A DNA stretch of 63,127 bases, the filler included, from Octopus bimaculoides (Eukaryota), in the NCBI RefSeq assembly GCF_001194135.2. It is 5 parts of 5 records of this genome, joined end to end, with 100 filler letters (N's around TTAATTAATTAA, not from the genome) between each part and the next. Parts side by side here need not be neighbours in the genome. Positions count along the whole stretch, not along the records: positions 1 to 24,825 come from NC_069006.1; 4 more parts are not named here. The stretch is one strand, 5' to 3'. Below the pieces are notes generated by a model. It was not told where the DNA came from and ran no database searches. It saw nothing but the letters and a program-made list of their open reading frames with translations. This document shows, in pieces, positions 1-14,545 of this stretch (the first letter of the stretch is position 1; each line of letters begins with the position of its first letter). A program made the position numbers and the translations under genes.

Positions 1-59
1 TATATATATACACACACAAACACAGATATATGTACATATATATATATATATATCGCCAT

Positions 60-237
60 GATAGATCACTAGCCACTACACGTTCCTTTTCTCTCTCCTT
101 GTTTCTTTCTGTGTTCCTTTCTGTGGAAGAGCGTAGGCTCGAAATGTTAAAGACTTTTTCACTTCTCGAACGTTATACTAATACATCTGTTTGTTGCCTA
201 CACCACCTGTCTTCGTCTTTTTTTTTGTGAATTCTCC
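60..237 (+). repeat. Interspersed pLTR-like repeat, inverted copy at 11945-12125
   Basis: ccttgtttctttctgtgttcctt...gaagagcgtaggctc...caccacctgtcttcgtc...aattctccc matches the reverse complement of 11945-12125. Confidence 0.75.
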
Positions 238-1549
238 CCATATATATATAAGTTTAATATATAGATCTTTAATACATCTGCTTCATTTGATCAATGTCCT
301 TGTCTCTAAATCTGTCTCTCCTCATAAGTTTTAATTTAACCATTATCCTTCTGAAGACAGAATAGGTTGCCACAGACTTCTGATGCGGGAACATGAAGAA
401 AAGTGCACCAATTACGCAACCAGTCTAGAAAGTGTTGTTAAGAGTTTTTTTTTGTATAAATATGGACGTCTTTTCTAACTGCTTCGGCTGCCTACCTGTT
501 TACATTACAATTATTAACAACACTCTTCTGACAACAGTTTTACTGTCTTCTTTTATATGCACAACTTTATGTACTTGTTTGTCTATTCTTTATGCTTTTG
601 TTCTGTTATACACATGCCAGTTTAAACGGTACATTGGCTGTAGCAAATCTTCATTTAGGAATTTATCACATCTCTGCATATAACACGGGATATTTGCAGA
701 AATTCTATATAAAACTAAGCATATGTAGTTATTATCTTGCAACGTTCGACATCGTATTTTACAATGTTTATATATTGGTGCAGGTGTGGCTATGTGATAA
801 GACGCTTGCTACCCAGCAACATGGTTACGGATTCAGTTTAACGTTATTGCGTTGTTTCAGATTAGTTGACTTCATCAGATTGATGTAAGGCTGCCAACTC
901 GAAATTTCACTGCAGCTTTGAAATGTTGCAGAGAAAAAAATATGGAGTAATCTGCCAATTGCCATATAATGTGCATAGATGGAATAACGGAGTCAGTATA
1001 TGATAAGTAGAGAGATATTAGCTTCCTAAAATTTTGACTCTTAATTTTCGAAGTTCTGACTTGCGTTTAACGTCATAACCCAGCTACTATATGGCTTGTA
1101 CATCATAAACAGGTTTATATATATGCACATATTTGTGTGTGTACATGTGTGATTGAGTACATATATGTATATATTCATAAATATGTAAGTACGTATGATA
1201 CAAGTACACATATATCAATGAATACAGGTTTACATATGCATATCTTTCTAAATGCCCACACACAAAGACAAAACTGCATTTATCTTCAAAACGTAAAAAT
1301 AATCGGGAGATCATCGTATCAAGAATAACTTAATATTATTTTCTACATTTATTTGCATTACCTCATAGGCATATTTACTAAATATTTACAATAATGCGTT
1401 TGTCCTATATATTCTCTACATATTTGATCATAGATGAATGTCTGTCTCTGTAACATCAATCGCTGATTATGCGAATATGCATATAAGGATAAAAAGTCAT
1501 ACATACTTTTTTAAACCTGTATACGAAATATGAATATATACATACATAT

Positions 1550-1595
<46 letters not shown>

Positions 1596-1659
1596 TATGT
1601 GTCAGTATGTGTCAGTATGTGTGGATGCATATATGTATATGTAATACATACGTAATTTC

Positions 1660-1711
<52 letters not shown>

Positions 1712-2523
1712 CTATATATATGTGCACATGTGTATAAATAGGCACTTGATGTAGGAAGCATATGCATATATACATATATGTGCGCATGCGCAATTATGTA
1801 CAATAGAATGACAAATACAGATATTAATATGTCTATATGTACGTGAACGTGCTTGCATGTTGGTGTATATAGATATAATACACGAATATATACATAAACA
1901 CACCCACACACACACACACATATATATATAAAGATATATCGATACGCACATATGCATCTTTTGTATATCTATCCATACATAAGTATGTACGTATGTATGT
2001 ATGTATGTATGTATGTATGTATGTNNNNNNNNNNNNNNNNNNNNNNNNNNNNNNNNNNNNNNNNNNNNNNNNNNNNNNNNNNNNNNNNNNNNNNNNNNNN
2101 NNNNNNTATATATATATATATATGTATTCGGTTATACACACCTGAAGTTATTCATTCCATATAGGTACACATCTATAGTTTCCGATATGATCAACTTCAA
2201 ACGGAGCATATTAAAACGGTTGCGAAAGAAATATATTTTCGCAATGTTTCATAACAAATTGATTCTATGAAGCGGAATCAATATTTTGTGTTTGTCTAGT
2301 TGTTTACCTGCATAAATGTGGTTTCATATTATGAGTGCTAATATGTGTATATGTATGTACGATTATATCTTTCTGTGTATACGTACGTGTGCGTGTGTGT
2401 TTGTATTTGTTTGTGTATGTACGTATGTTTATGTTGTTATATATACATATATATATATGTCTTTCTCTCTTTCTCTCTCTCTCTTTCTCTCTCTCTCTTT
2501 CTCTCTCTCTCTGTATATATGTC

Positions 2524-2573
<50 letters not shown>

Positions 2574-2599
2574 GACATATATCTATATATATGCGTATA

Positions 2600-2659
<60 letters not shown>

Positions 2660-2685
2660 TTAAACATACATATATATGTATATGT

Positions 2686-2726
<41 letters not shown>

Positions 2727-2826
2727 GAAAAGCTACACGTATTTGTATTTATTATATACATATATGTGTATATATATATGTGTATGTATATATATACATA
2801 TACATATATTTATACATATGCATATA

Positions 2827-2907
<81 letters not shown>

Positions 2908-3684
2908 CTTTACGCATATATCGATATGAATATAGACACATAGAAACGTTGATACACTCTCATATATACACGTATATAGACATAATCTTTCTATGCTCAT
3001 ATATATCCGCATATATAAGTACATGTATATATACATATTTATATGCTTATATACAATATTTGCATACGCTGTGACATATACACCTATATATTTTCATGTG
3101 CATGTGGTGATGGAGTACGTGTGAGTATACATGTGCGTTTACAGTAAATGTGTGTGCAACTTTCTTCCAATGCTTATACGCTTATATTATGCATCCTCTT
3201 TACGCAATAAAAATTATTCCACTCATCTCCGTATATGGAAATATATATCATTCTAACATTTCCGCCATATTTTCTATCTTCTACTCCGTAGTTCTGTAAC
3301 GCATCTATCTCTCTGTACTATCTCTTTCGTTATCAATACAACAACTGAGATATAATTGATGTTGCGCCGTTTTGCGGACTGAAAATCACCTTATTTAAAC
3401 AATTCACCTTACGATTTCTACGCGAAATTGCTATGCTAGTTCGATCATGTCTTCTCAGACGTTTTTCGTAAAACCGAATGGTCTCTGAACTTGATTAAAA
3501 TGAGAATTTTCTCTATGGAAAATAGTAGTGAGAATGGCGTCATTACATCTCAAATATTTCGCAAATATATTCGAATCGATTCAAATGATTGTTAATGCTA
3601 AATATCATTTGGTACATTTTGTTCCGTTAAGTGAGTGTTGCTTGTTTCGATATCCAGCGATACCTTGACATTGGAACAAAATGC

Positions 3685-4330
3685 GCATCTCTTTACTCTT
3701 TTACTCTTTACTTGTTTCAGTCACTTGACTGGGGCCATACTAGAGCAACGCCTTTGAGGGTTTTGTTTTCCAGTCAAACAAATCGACTGCAGGGTTTATC
3801 TTTAAGCCGAGTACTTATTCTATCATTCTCTTTTGCCTAACTACTTAGTTACGGGAACGGAACCAAAACAACACCGTTTTTGAAGCAGTGATGGTGGAAC
3901 AAAGACAGACACACACATGGTCAGCTAGCTACTTACCACACATCCACTCCTGCGCATATAGATTTTACAACTAGATATTTTGCTTATATATATATGTATA
4001 TATATATANNNNNNNNNNNNNNNNNNNNNNNNNNNNNNNNNNNNNNNNNNNNNNNNNNNNNNNNNNNNNTATATATACATATGAGTGTGTGTGTGTGTCT
4101 ATGTGTGTGTGCTTGTCTCATAACACTGCTTGACAAGTGGTGTTGGTTTGTTTAGACCCCAGTAACCCAGCAGTTCTGCAAAATAATCCACACAAGATAT
4201 AAGTATCAGGCTTTCAAAAAAAAACAAGTTCTGGGGTTGATTCATTGACAAAAAAAAAACAATAAAAAACAAAACAAATCATGAAGGTGCTGCCCCAGCA
4301 TGAACGCAGTGTAATGATTAAAACAAGCAA
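3685..4330. mobile_element. Two diverged SINE family 1 copies (minus then plus)
   Basis: actcttttactctttacttgtttcagtcacttgact tail at 3685; plus-strand 3' part at 4085-4330. Confidence 0.6.
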
Positions 4331-4943
4331 AAGATAGAAGATAAAACATGAAAGATGAGCAAATGGTAGATGCAGTAGGTGCTACGCCCCCTAAAGGCCT
4401 CCATTGTTTAGTGTTGGTGTTGTTTCTCATAATGATAGTATCAGGAATAGTTAGGTGGGTTGTTGATAAAATTAATGAACCCCGTAGTTATGGAGTTATG
4501 TAAGTTCCCTATCTCTCTGAAATTTCCCGTTAATTAATTTCCAGTTGTAGGAGATCTATCAGAATGTCTGTCAAAGCTTTAGTGCCATGAATATCTTTGA
4601 TGAAGGCGAAAGTGTCAGAGTTTCCAATTAACCTCCTCTCTTTTGAAGATAGTCGACAGCAGAGATGCGGATAGAAACGAATTCGTTAAAACTGCTGGGA
4701 ATCCAAAGGCTTCATAACGCTCAGAGAATATGACGTTAGAGTTGCATCGGAACAATAAGTTCAACCATTATTTCTAGTTATGTACTTGTTTACTGTGTGC
4801 TGCTTGCAAAGATCCGCGGATCATAAAAGATATTTCTACTGAAATGCAGAGAGGAAAGTTAATTTCGAAACCGTACCCTCACGAAATGTTAGGTACACAC
4901 ACACACATACACACTCACATACGCACACACAAACACGTGTATA

Positions 4944-4977
<34 letters not shown>

Positions 4978-5099
4978 GGTTATGGGCGATAGTGGTGTCA
5001 ATTAGACCCAAGGGTTTCAGGTAATGCTGAGTAAAAGCTCCAGGTTCGGTGGTTATGCGAGTAAGGTGCCAACGTAGGTCATATATCAGTGTGTGAATA

Positions 5100-5439
5100 T
5101 AAGGATCTACTTTTCGTAATGAGATAAAGAACCAAGGCTGTGTATAATATAGAACATTTATAAATAAAAGGTCTTACAGCTGTTTCCAGGATATTTATCA
5201 TATCCCTTCATCGGAGACGGTGTGAGAGAATGATTAAGCAATAGTTAGTTTAGTTAAGATAGGAAATAGAGAGTGAATGTTGGGATATTGTATTTGTAAA
5301 TCCATTGTTTAGGCAGAATGGTATACATATAAGATTCCTATACCCTATGAGTAAAATCCAACAGTCTTTGAAATTGGTCATTCCAAATACAGAGTTTATA
5401 CACAGTGTTATTGAATGAAGGGTTCTGTTTAAAGTGACC
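5100..5439 (-). mobile_element. Penelope-like 3' end / pLTR remnant
   Basis: Decayed ESY...LP...IP..LY C-terminal-like text followed by a minimal hammerhead in the same orientation. Confidence 0.5.
5171..5218 (-). ncRNA. Type I minimal hammerhead (CCGAUGA variant)
   Basis: gtct-CCGATGA-A-gggatat gataa atatcct-G-GAAA-CAGCTG-TA-agac. Confidence 0.65.
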
Positions 5440-5555
5440 NNNNNNNNNNNNNNNNNNNNNNNNNNNNNNNNNNNNNNNNNNNNNNNNNNNNNNNNNNNNN
5501 NNNNNNNNNNNNNNNNNNNNNNNNNNNNNNNNNNNNNNNNNNNNNNNNNNNNNNN

Positions 5556-5634
<79 letters not shown>

Positions 5635-6013
5635 TTCATATATAGGCACAGGAGTCGCTATGTCAGGTATGTAGTGATAAAGTCTAAGTGAGGGGCAGAG
5701 AGAGGGGGTAGGGGTAGTAAAATGGTGGAATGAAGAATTTGGGAATATAGGTTAGGTTACTTAGGGGACAGAAAGTTATTCTATTCCACACGGGTAGAAA
5801 TATATTCAACTGCTATTCAAAACATATACCAATTTGAGCCATGAACTCCCTATAAAAAAGGGAAAACTTCAAACACTAGTCACAAGCTGCGACTTAACTC
5901 ACGTCTTTCTATTTGAACCTTTTAAAATCAGTGTAAACTGTGAAACCGGTTAGAACTTTAAATATATTAGTACAAATATTTTAACTATTCTCAGTGCATT
6001 TTCAACTTCTATC

Positions 6014-6051
<38 letters not shown>

Positions 6052-6144
6052 AATCGCAGTATGTGTGTATAATGGGTAATGCATACATTTCCACAATTCT
6101 CAACCGATTTTCTCCAAATTTTACACACACATTAGTTATGTCCC

Positions 6145-6292
6145 TTAATTTCAACTGATACTTCTTTTAATGACCTTGAAAGGATGAGAGGCAGAGTTGA
6201 CCTCAGCGGCATTTGAACTCGGAACATAAAGACTAACGAAATGCCGTTTAACATTTTGCCCGATGTGCTAACGATTCTGCCAGCTTGCCGCC

Positions 6293-6294
<2 letters not shown>
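6145..6294 (-). mobile_element. SINE family 3 copy abutting an (AAT)n array
   Basis: aaggatgagaggcagagttgacc...atttgaactc...gattctgccagcttgccgcc. Confidence 0.7.
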
Positions 6295-6365
<71 letters not shown>

Positions 6366-6445
6366 TATTAATAATAAGAACAATAATAACGATAATAATA
6401 ATAACAACAATAATAATGATAATGATGATGATGATAATAATAATG

Positions 6446-6485
<40 letters not shown>

Positions 6486-6544
6486 TAATAATAATAATAA
6501 TGATAATAATAATAATAACAATAATAATGATAATAATAACAATA

Positions 6545-6603
<59 letters not shown>

Positions 6604-6605
6604 TA
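6294..6605. repeat. (AAT)n microsatellite with GAT/AAC variants
   Basis: Source of the poly-N/I/L pseudo-ORFs. Confidence 0.95.
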
Positions 6606-7830
6606 TGATACCATAAAAATAAAAATAAAATAAATATGATAAAGAGAAGAAAAGAGAAGCAGACACTTCAATTATGTTTTCTGAAAAAAATGAAGATATA
6701 ATATAATCGTGATATGCTTTTAATTATATTGCTAATTATGGACATTTAGGAGAGTGAGTGAGAGAACGGAAAGAGAGGGAGAGAGAGAGAGAGAGAGAGA
6801 GAGGGACAGAAAATGCAGTTAAAAGAATCGTTGAGCCAAATTACACAAAAGCATTTCTCATTGAATAGATATTTGAAAATTGTCGTTAATTTGAACAATT
6901 TTGAGGTTGGCTTTGGTCGTGTGGGTATGTGTGCGAATGTGACGTCCGTGGATGTATGTACCGTAGTTGTGAAAAGTGCATGGATGTGTGATGCCGTATG
7001 TGTGAATCTGCGCGTGTGTGTATGTGTTTTTGTGTGTGTATGTGTTTTTGTGTGTGTATGTGTGTGTGTGTTTAGTTTATATTTTATTTTAATGGATAAA
7101 ATATGAATGAAGCAAAATAGATACGAAAAAAATGGTATATAAAAATCATAAATAATAATATGGCAGAAAATTTAAATAAATGCAAATATCAAATGAAGAA
7201 GAAAAAAAGAAATAAAAACAAGACACACACTAAACAGCAAAAAAAAATAAATAAGAGAAGAAAATGAGTCGCTTAGAGCAAGTAGCAGAGAGAGAGAGAC
7301 ACACAAAGCGCAAGAGAGAGGGAGAGAGAGAGAGAGAGAGAGAGGCAATTATTTATTTATTTTTTGAGAAGAATTGCAATAATAATGAGCGAAGCGATTT
7401 GGAAATGGCTTCTTGTGATGGTAACAATGGATCTATGGTAAAAACTAAGGAAGACTTCAGCACATTATCCCCCCACATCGTCCCAGTATACGATCCCTAG
7501 AAGCTAAAGAAATGAATAAATAAATAATAAAAAATGGCAGAAATGAAATGGAGAGAATCTTAAATAGAAAAGAAATGGATGAATGAGGGGCTTTGATCTG
7601 ATCCCCGATATTACAGTTTACTCAGAGACATGTGTACATACATATACAATACACACATACGTGCGTACACACAGATACACGCACTGAATATATACACCCA
7701 CACTATGTCTCAGACGTACATACATAAAAATTGTGAGCGCTCACACATATATTATACATCTATGTACATGCACATGCGCAAAAATAAACATATATATATA
7801 CATACCTACATACATACGTACATACATACA

Positions 7831-7868
<38 letters not shown>

Positions 7869-8079
7869 TATATATATATATATATATATGTGTGCATGTG
7901 TGTGCATATAGTGCTTGAATGCACACACATGTATGGATATACATACATGCATATACAAATATATATATATATATAAATATATACTCATATGTATACACGC
8001 ATGCTACGTACATATATATGCATATATGTTTATATATACGTGATACGCGTATATATACATATACATACATATCAATATA

Positions 8080-8126
<47 letters not shown>

Positions 8127-8160
8127 ATATATACACANNNNNNNNNNNCATATCAATATA

Positions 8161-8207
<47 letters not shown>

Positions 8208-8250
8208 ATATATACACATACACACACGTACAAACACATAACATACATAC

Positions 8251-8291
<41 letters not shown>

Positions 8292-8343
8292 CTTACATAT
8301 ACACATATACATACAGAAACACACACATACATACTCGCACACG

Positions 8344-8378
<35 letters not shown>

Positions 8379-8867
8379 GTACCATGACACATTGATACAT
8401 ATATAGATATAGCTGCTAATGTGATGATCTCCACTTTTCATCATCCCCGTTATCACATCTTCGGATTATATTGCGTAAAAATTTTAATAAATGATTAAAA
8501 ATATTATAAATTGGCATAAAAAAAGTACACCATCCCTAATAAATAAATAAATAAATAAACAAATAAATACGAGGAAATTGTGTCATTCAAACAGCTTGTC
8601 TTTCGTTTTATCAGCCATTCGATCTTATTTCCTTTATACATATTCCTGTAGTTTCTCTTTTGTCTCGCAATAATGATTCATTTTGTTCTATCGTTTAATG
8701 AATGGGACAAAAAAANNNNNNNNNNNNNNNNNNNNNNNNNNNNNNNNNNNNNNNNNNNNNNNNNNNNNNNNNNNNNNNNNNNNNNNNNNNNNNNNNNNNN
8801 NNNNNNNNNNNNNNNACATATATATACATATACATATACATACATACATATATATATATATATATGT

Positions 8868-9215
8868 AGCTCGCATGTCAGATGATCGATTACCAAAATG
8901 ATTACTCTTTGGCGAGCCGCAAAAGGGAAAGTGCTCACAAGACGGTCAGAAGAAGCGCTTTAAGGACACACTGAAAGCCTCACTAAAAGCCTCCAACATC
9001 GACCGTGCAACTTGGGAGCAGTCTGCTCTAGACAGAGAAAGGTGGTGATCAGCTGTCCACAAGGGCACCAACACATGCGAGACCAATAGGATCGCTGCTG
9101 CAGAAGACCGCAGACAAGCCAGGAAGAACAGAGCTGACAACCCTGTTGCAGGTGCTACCATTCCCTGTCCACACTGTCAAAGACTCGTTAGGGCGCAGAT
9201 TGGCCTCACTAGATC
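8868..9215 (+). mobile_element. RTE/BovB-like LINE 3' fragment
   Basis: RMSDDRLPK.LLFGE...GQKKRFKDTLKASLK...WEQSALDRERW...IPCPHCQR...QIGL, the RTE ORF C-terminus. Confidence 0.85.
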
Positions 9216-9299
9216 TGTTGAGCGCAAAGTAGTGGATTCTTCATCGAACTCTCCTCACTCATATGATTCTTGCCAAAAACCACATGGTATCGCTGCCAC

Positions 9300-9560
9300 A
9301 TCCTCCCTGTTCGCCAGTTTTAGCACCTTCGAAATTTCATCGCTTCCCGACCATAAAAATGCAGCTCAAAGATGGGATTTGGTCATTAAGTTAAAGAATT
9401 TCTCATTTACACAAAGATTGCAACGATTATTGTTAATGTTATATGAGGAAGTTTTGATAACGCCATTCTAAACTATGGATAATACTATTGTCCTTCAATT
9501 GCCAAATGTAACTAATAAGTCCGGCAGAGTTCGCTTTACTTCTGTTTCTGAAACTAGAGC
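9300..9560 (-). mobile_element. Penelope-like C-terminal fragment
   Basis: SSYNINNNRCNLCVNEKFFNL...EISK resembles PLE PY....KRCNLCL.EK.FIL...SELISKC. Confidence 0.55.
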
Positions 9561-9579
9561 GATGGGAGTTATATCTAAG

Positions 9580-9768
9580 TATCATTTCATTTTTAGTTGC
9601 TCCAATATAAGGTTGCCTGGAAGGCTGTTGAACAATTGCGGGTCCTTGAAACCCAGACTATTGCAGTACTGTGTCCTTATTTTAGATGGGGAAATCGGGA
9701 TCTTTGGTATGATGCAGTGACGTCCAGTTCGAGGACTGGTACAGGTGTCAATTCCCAAAGTGTGTGTG
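9580..9768 (-). mobile_element. CR1/L2-clade LINE 3' end fragment
   Basis: RTGRHCIIPKIP...IRTQYCNSLGFKDPQLFNSLP resembles the CR1/L2 terminal motif R.GR.C..P....NS....GP.LFN.LP. Confidence 0.65.
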
Positions 9769-10863
9769 NNNNNNNNNNNNNNNNNNNNNNNNNNNNNNNN
9801 NNNNNNNNNNNNNNNNNNNNNNNNNNNNNNNNNNNNNNNNNNNNNNNNNNNNNNNNNNNNNNNNNNNNNNNNNNNNNNNNNNNNNNNNNNNNNNNNNNNN
9901 NNNNNNNNNNNNNNNNNNNNNNNNNNNNNNNNNNNNNNNNNNNNNNNNNNNNNNNNNNNNNNNNNNNNNNNNNNNNNNNNNNNNNNNNNNNNNNNNNNNN
10001 NNNNNNNNNNNNNNNNNNNNNNNNNNNNNNNNNNNNNNNNNNNNNNNNNNNNNNNNNNNNNNNNNNNNNNNNNNNNNNNNNNNNNNNNNNNNNNNNNNNN
10101 NNNNNNNNNNNNNNNNNNNNNNNNNNNNNNNNNNNNNNNNNNNNNNNNNNNNNNNNNNNNNNNNNNNNNNNNNNNNNNNNNNNNNNNNNNNNNNNNNNNN
10201 NNNNNNNNNNNNNNNNNNNNNNNNNNNNNNNNNNNNNNNNNNNNNNNNNNNNNNNNNNNNNNNNNNNNNNNNNNNNNNNNNNNNNNNNNNNNNNNNNNNN
10301 NNNNNNNNNNNNNNNNNNNNNNNNNNNNNNNNNNNNNNNNNNNNNNNNNNNNNNNNNNNNNNNNNNNNNNNNNNNNNNNNNNNNNNNNNNNNNNNNNNNN
10401 NNNNNNNNNNNNNNNNNNNNNNNNNNNNNNNNNNNNNNNNNNNNNNNNNNNNNNNNNNNNNNNNNNNNNNNNNNNNNNNNNNNNNNNTATATATATATAT
10501 ATATATACAAACATACAGCAATGTGTGTGAATGTGTGTGTGTGTGTGTGTGTGTGTGCATGCGTATGTGTGTATCTGACATCTTTTTTCATATCTCTTTC
10601 CCTCTTCCGTTCGTTTTACTTTCAGTTTCTCACAATAGCAATCACTATTTCAAACGCACACATACACACACACACTCAAACACACACGTTTATGATGATT
10701 GCTTCAGCTTGTCAAATCATAGCCATATATATTATGCATATATTTATCTCCCCCTCTCCCCAGTCTCTCTCTCGTGTGTGTATATAAAATTGGTGTGTTC
10801 GTGTGTGTGTACACGCAGATATGCATATATTGTGTGTATGTGTATTTATTTGTGCGTGTGCGT

Positions 10864-10895
<32 letters not shown>

Positions 10896-11231
10896 ATACC
10901 TGTTTATATATATGCAGACACAGATATCCATATATCGTCACATACAAGTTCATTTATTTCATATCACTAACATGACATCTTCCCTGTTTCTCCCTAGCTT
11001 CCCCGCGCCCTTCCTCTCCTCACCCCTTCAACTTACCCCGTACATTTTACACATACAACCTTTTAACACTATAACCATATTTACGACCGGTAATCGACCA
11101 CTGACGTTTTCGTTTCAAGGAACGCTGAAATTCCTTCAGCGTTTTGGCTTTTAACTGATTGCTTTGCATACCATCACTCTACATTCTTTCCAGTTACTTT
11201 TTGTACACGTATATATTGAAGCATGCATACT

Positions 11232-11283
<52 letters not shown>

Positions 11284-11465
11284 ATGTACAGAGGGAGAGA
11301 GAAAAGAGAGACAGAGAGAGACCGAGCCATTTAACACATCAGTGGTATATCAATGACGTAGAAAAATATTTAAAAATACACCACTCGCATAAGCGTATCG
11401 CCGCCAATTCTCATTTAAACACAAACATGGGTATATACATACATAAATACATACGTTCATATATA

Positions 11466-11553
<88 letters not shown>

Positions 11554-11724
11554 NNNNNNNNNNNNNNNNNNNNNNNNNNNNNNNNNNNNNNNNNNNNNNN
11601 NNNNNNNNNNNNNNNNNNNNNNNNNNNNNNNNNNNNNNNNNNNNNNNNNNNNNNNNNNNNNNNNNNNNNNNNNNNNNNNNNNNNNNNNNNNNNNNNNNNN
11701 NNNNNNNNNNNNNNNNNNNNNNNN

Positions 11725-11758
<34 letters not shown>

Positions 11759-12596
11759 GGAGATGTACTTGCATAGCAAGTGACCTGATCTGAGAAAATA
11801 TTTTGGCAAATTAAATTTAAATGTTGAAGTGAATTTAACGATTTTTATGTGTTTCTTGAATGGCTTGTAAACACCTTCTACGCTGCAATTGTTATATATA
11901 TATATATGTAATACATATACACATACACACACGCACACACACACACATGTATATATATATATATGGGAGAATTTACGAAAAAACAACAGACGAAGACAGG
12001 TGGTGTAAACAACAAATGAATGTATTTGTTTAACGCTCGGGAGTAGAGAAAGTCTTCGACGTTTGGAGCCTACGTTCTTCAACTGAAAGGAACACAGAAA
12101 GAAACAAGGAGAGAAACAAGGAGAAAAAAAATATAAATGTAGTGGTCAGCGATCTATCATGGCGAAAGAGAAAGAGAGAGAGAGAGGGGGGAGAGAGAGA
12201 GAGGGAGAGAGAGAAAGATATAATACGTTGGTTACTATGGTTACAAACTCCCTGGATGGTCGTGGCTGGAACTCATTTCATCATAGGTTCGCTTATTGAA
12301 ACAACTATGATCATTTGCAATATTCGCCTCGACGCAATACAGTTTTATAAACTTACCTATCACATACTACGTAGTATTCGCACACACATGATAGACCGTT
12401 CTCATTTATGCACACACATAACACATATACACACACACAAACTTACAATACACGATTTAATCATTCACTACACACATACATAGACACACACACACACAGA
12501 CACACTGCTCAAAATTATGATTCAGACATTAACAGGTACGACCATTCAAACACACTAATATATACAGGTTTCTATATATTTATATATATTTATATG

Positions 12597-12642
<46 letters not shown>

Positions 12643-14104
12643 NNNNNNNNNNNNNNNNNNNNNNNNNNNNNNNNNNNNNNNNNNNNNNNNNNNNNNNNNN
12701 NNNNNNNNNNNNNNNNNNNNNNNNNNNNNNNNNNNNNNNNNNNNNNNNNNNNNNNNNNNNNNNNNNNNNNNNNNNNNNNNNNNNNNNNNNNNNNNNNNNN
12801 NNNNNNNNNNNNNNNNNNNNNNNNNNNNNNNNNNNNNNNNNNNNNNNNNNNNNNNNNNNNNNNNNNNNNNNNNNNNNNNNNNNNNNNNNNNNNNNNNNNN
12901 NNNNNNNNNNNNNNNNNNNNNNNNNNNNNNNNNNNNNNNNNNNNNNNNNNNNNNNNNNNNNNNNNNNNNNNNNNNNNNNNNNNNNNNNNNNNNNNNNNNN
13001 NNNNNNNNNNNNNNNNNNNNNNNNNNNNNNNNNNNNNNNNNNNNNNNNNNNNNNNNNNNNNNNNNNNNNNNNNNNNNNNNNNNNNNNNNNNNNNNNNNNN
13101 NNNNNNNNNNNNNNNNNNNNNNNNNNNNNNNNNNNNNNNNNNNNNNNNNNNNNNNNNNNNNNNNNNNNNNNNNNNNNNNNNNNNNNNNNNNNNNNNNNNN
13201 NNNNNNNNNNNNNNNNNNNNNNNNNNNNNNNNNNNNNNNNNNNNNNNNNNNNNNNNNNNNNNNNNNNNNNNNNNNNNNNNNNNNNNNNNNNNNNNNNNNN
13301 NNNNNNNNNNNNNNNNNNNNNNNNNNNNNNNNNNNNNNNNNNNNNNNNNNNNNNNNNNNNNNNNNNNNNNNNNNNNNNNNNNNNNNNNNNNNNNNNNNNN
13401 NNNNNNNNNNNNNNNNNNNNNNNNNNNNNNNNNNNNNNNNNNNNNNNNNNNNNNNNNNNNNNNNNNNNNNNNNNNNNNNNNNNNNNNNNNNNNNNNNNNN
13501 NNNNNNNNNNNNNNNNNNNNNNNNNNNNNNNNNNNNNNNNNNNNNNNNNNNNNNNNNNNNNNNNNNNNNNNNNNNNNNNNNNNNNNNNNNNNNNNNNNNN
13601 NNNNNNNNNNNNNNNNNNNNNNNNNNNNNNNNNNNNNNNNNNGGGGGTAGCTGCGTTTTACTAAATAATTCATTCCTATGAACCAAACCCTTACCGTCTT
13701 CTTGCTTGTGAACCTCCTCTGTTCTCTTCCCGCTCCTCCTCATCCTCCTTGTCCTGTGCTTCTTTTTGTTCTTCCTCCTACATATCCCCCTCTTGCTTCT
13801 CCCATCCTTCAGCTTTCTCTTCAACTACTACTACTACTACTACTACTACTAGCAGCAACAGAAGCAGCAGCGGTAGCAGTAGTAGTGCCAGTAGTAGTAG
13901 TAGTAGCAGCAGCAGTACTGCTGTTACCACTGTTATTGCTATTACTGCTGCTTCTGTCACATCTTTACCTCTTCTCTCCTTGCTCTTCACTTTCTTCTGC
14001 TTCTTTGCCTTGTTGTTGATATAACCGAATCAAATCCCAAGATATCGCCTTTCATGTGAGAATATAATTTTATATTTCTCATTAGATGTTGCCGACAAAT
14101 GGAG

Positions 14105-14545
14105 AGAAAGAGGAAGAGAGTGGAAGAAAGAGAGAGAGGAAGAAAGAGGGAGAGAGAGGGAGAAAGAGAGAGAGGGAGAAAGAGAGAGAGGGAGAAAGAG
14201 AGAGAGGGAGAAAGAGAGAGAGGAAGAAAGAGAGAGAGGAAGAAAGAGAGAGAGGGAGAAAGAGAGAGAGGAAGAAAGAGAGAGAGGAAGAAAGAGAGAG
14301 AGGAAGAAAGAGAGAGAGGAAGAAAGAGAGAGAGGAAGAAAGAGAGAGAGGAAGAAAGAGAGAGAGGAAGAAAGAGAGAGAGGAAGAAAGAGAGAGAGGA
14401 AGAAAGAGAGAGAGGAAGAAAGAGAGAGAGGAAGAAAGAGAGAGAGGAAGAAAGAGAGAAAGAAATAGAGAAAGGGAAAAAGAGAGAGATAAAGGAAGAG
14501 AGAGATAAATGAAGAAAGAGAGAGAAAGAAAAAGAGAGGAGAAAG
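14105..14545. repeat. Polypurine tract with a 16-bp tandem unit
   Basis: (gaagaaagagagagag)n; almost pyrimidine-free on the plus strand. Confidence 0.9.

Noticed and set aside
8066-8215. Exact duplicate sequence on both sides of a 12-N gap
   Set aside because: Overlapping contig ends not merged.
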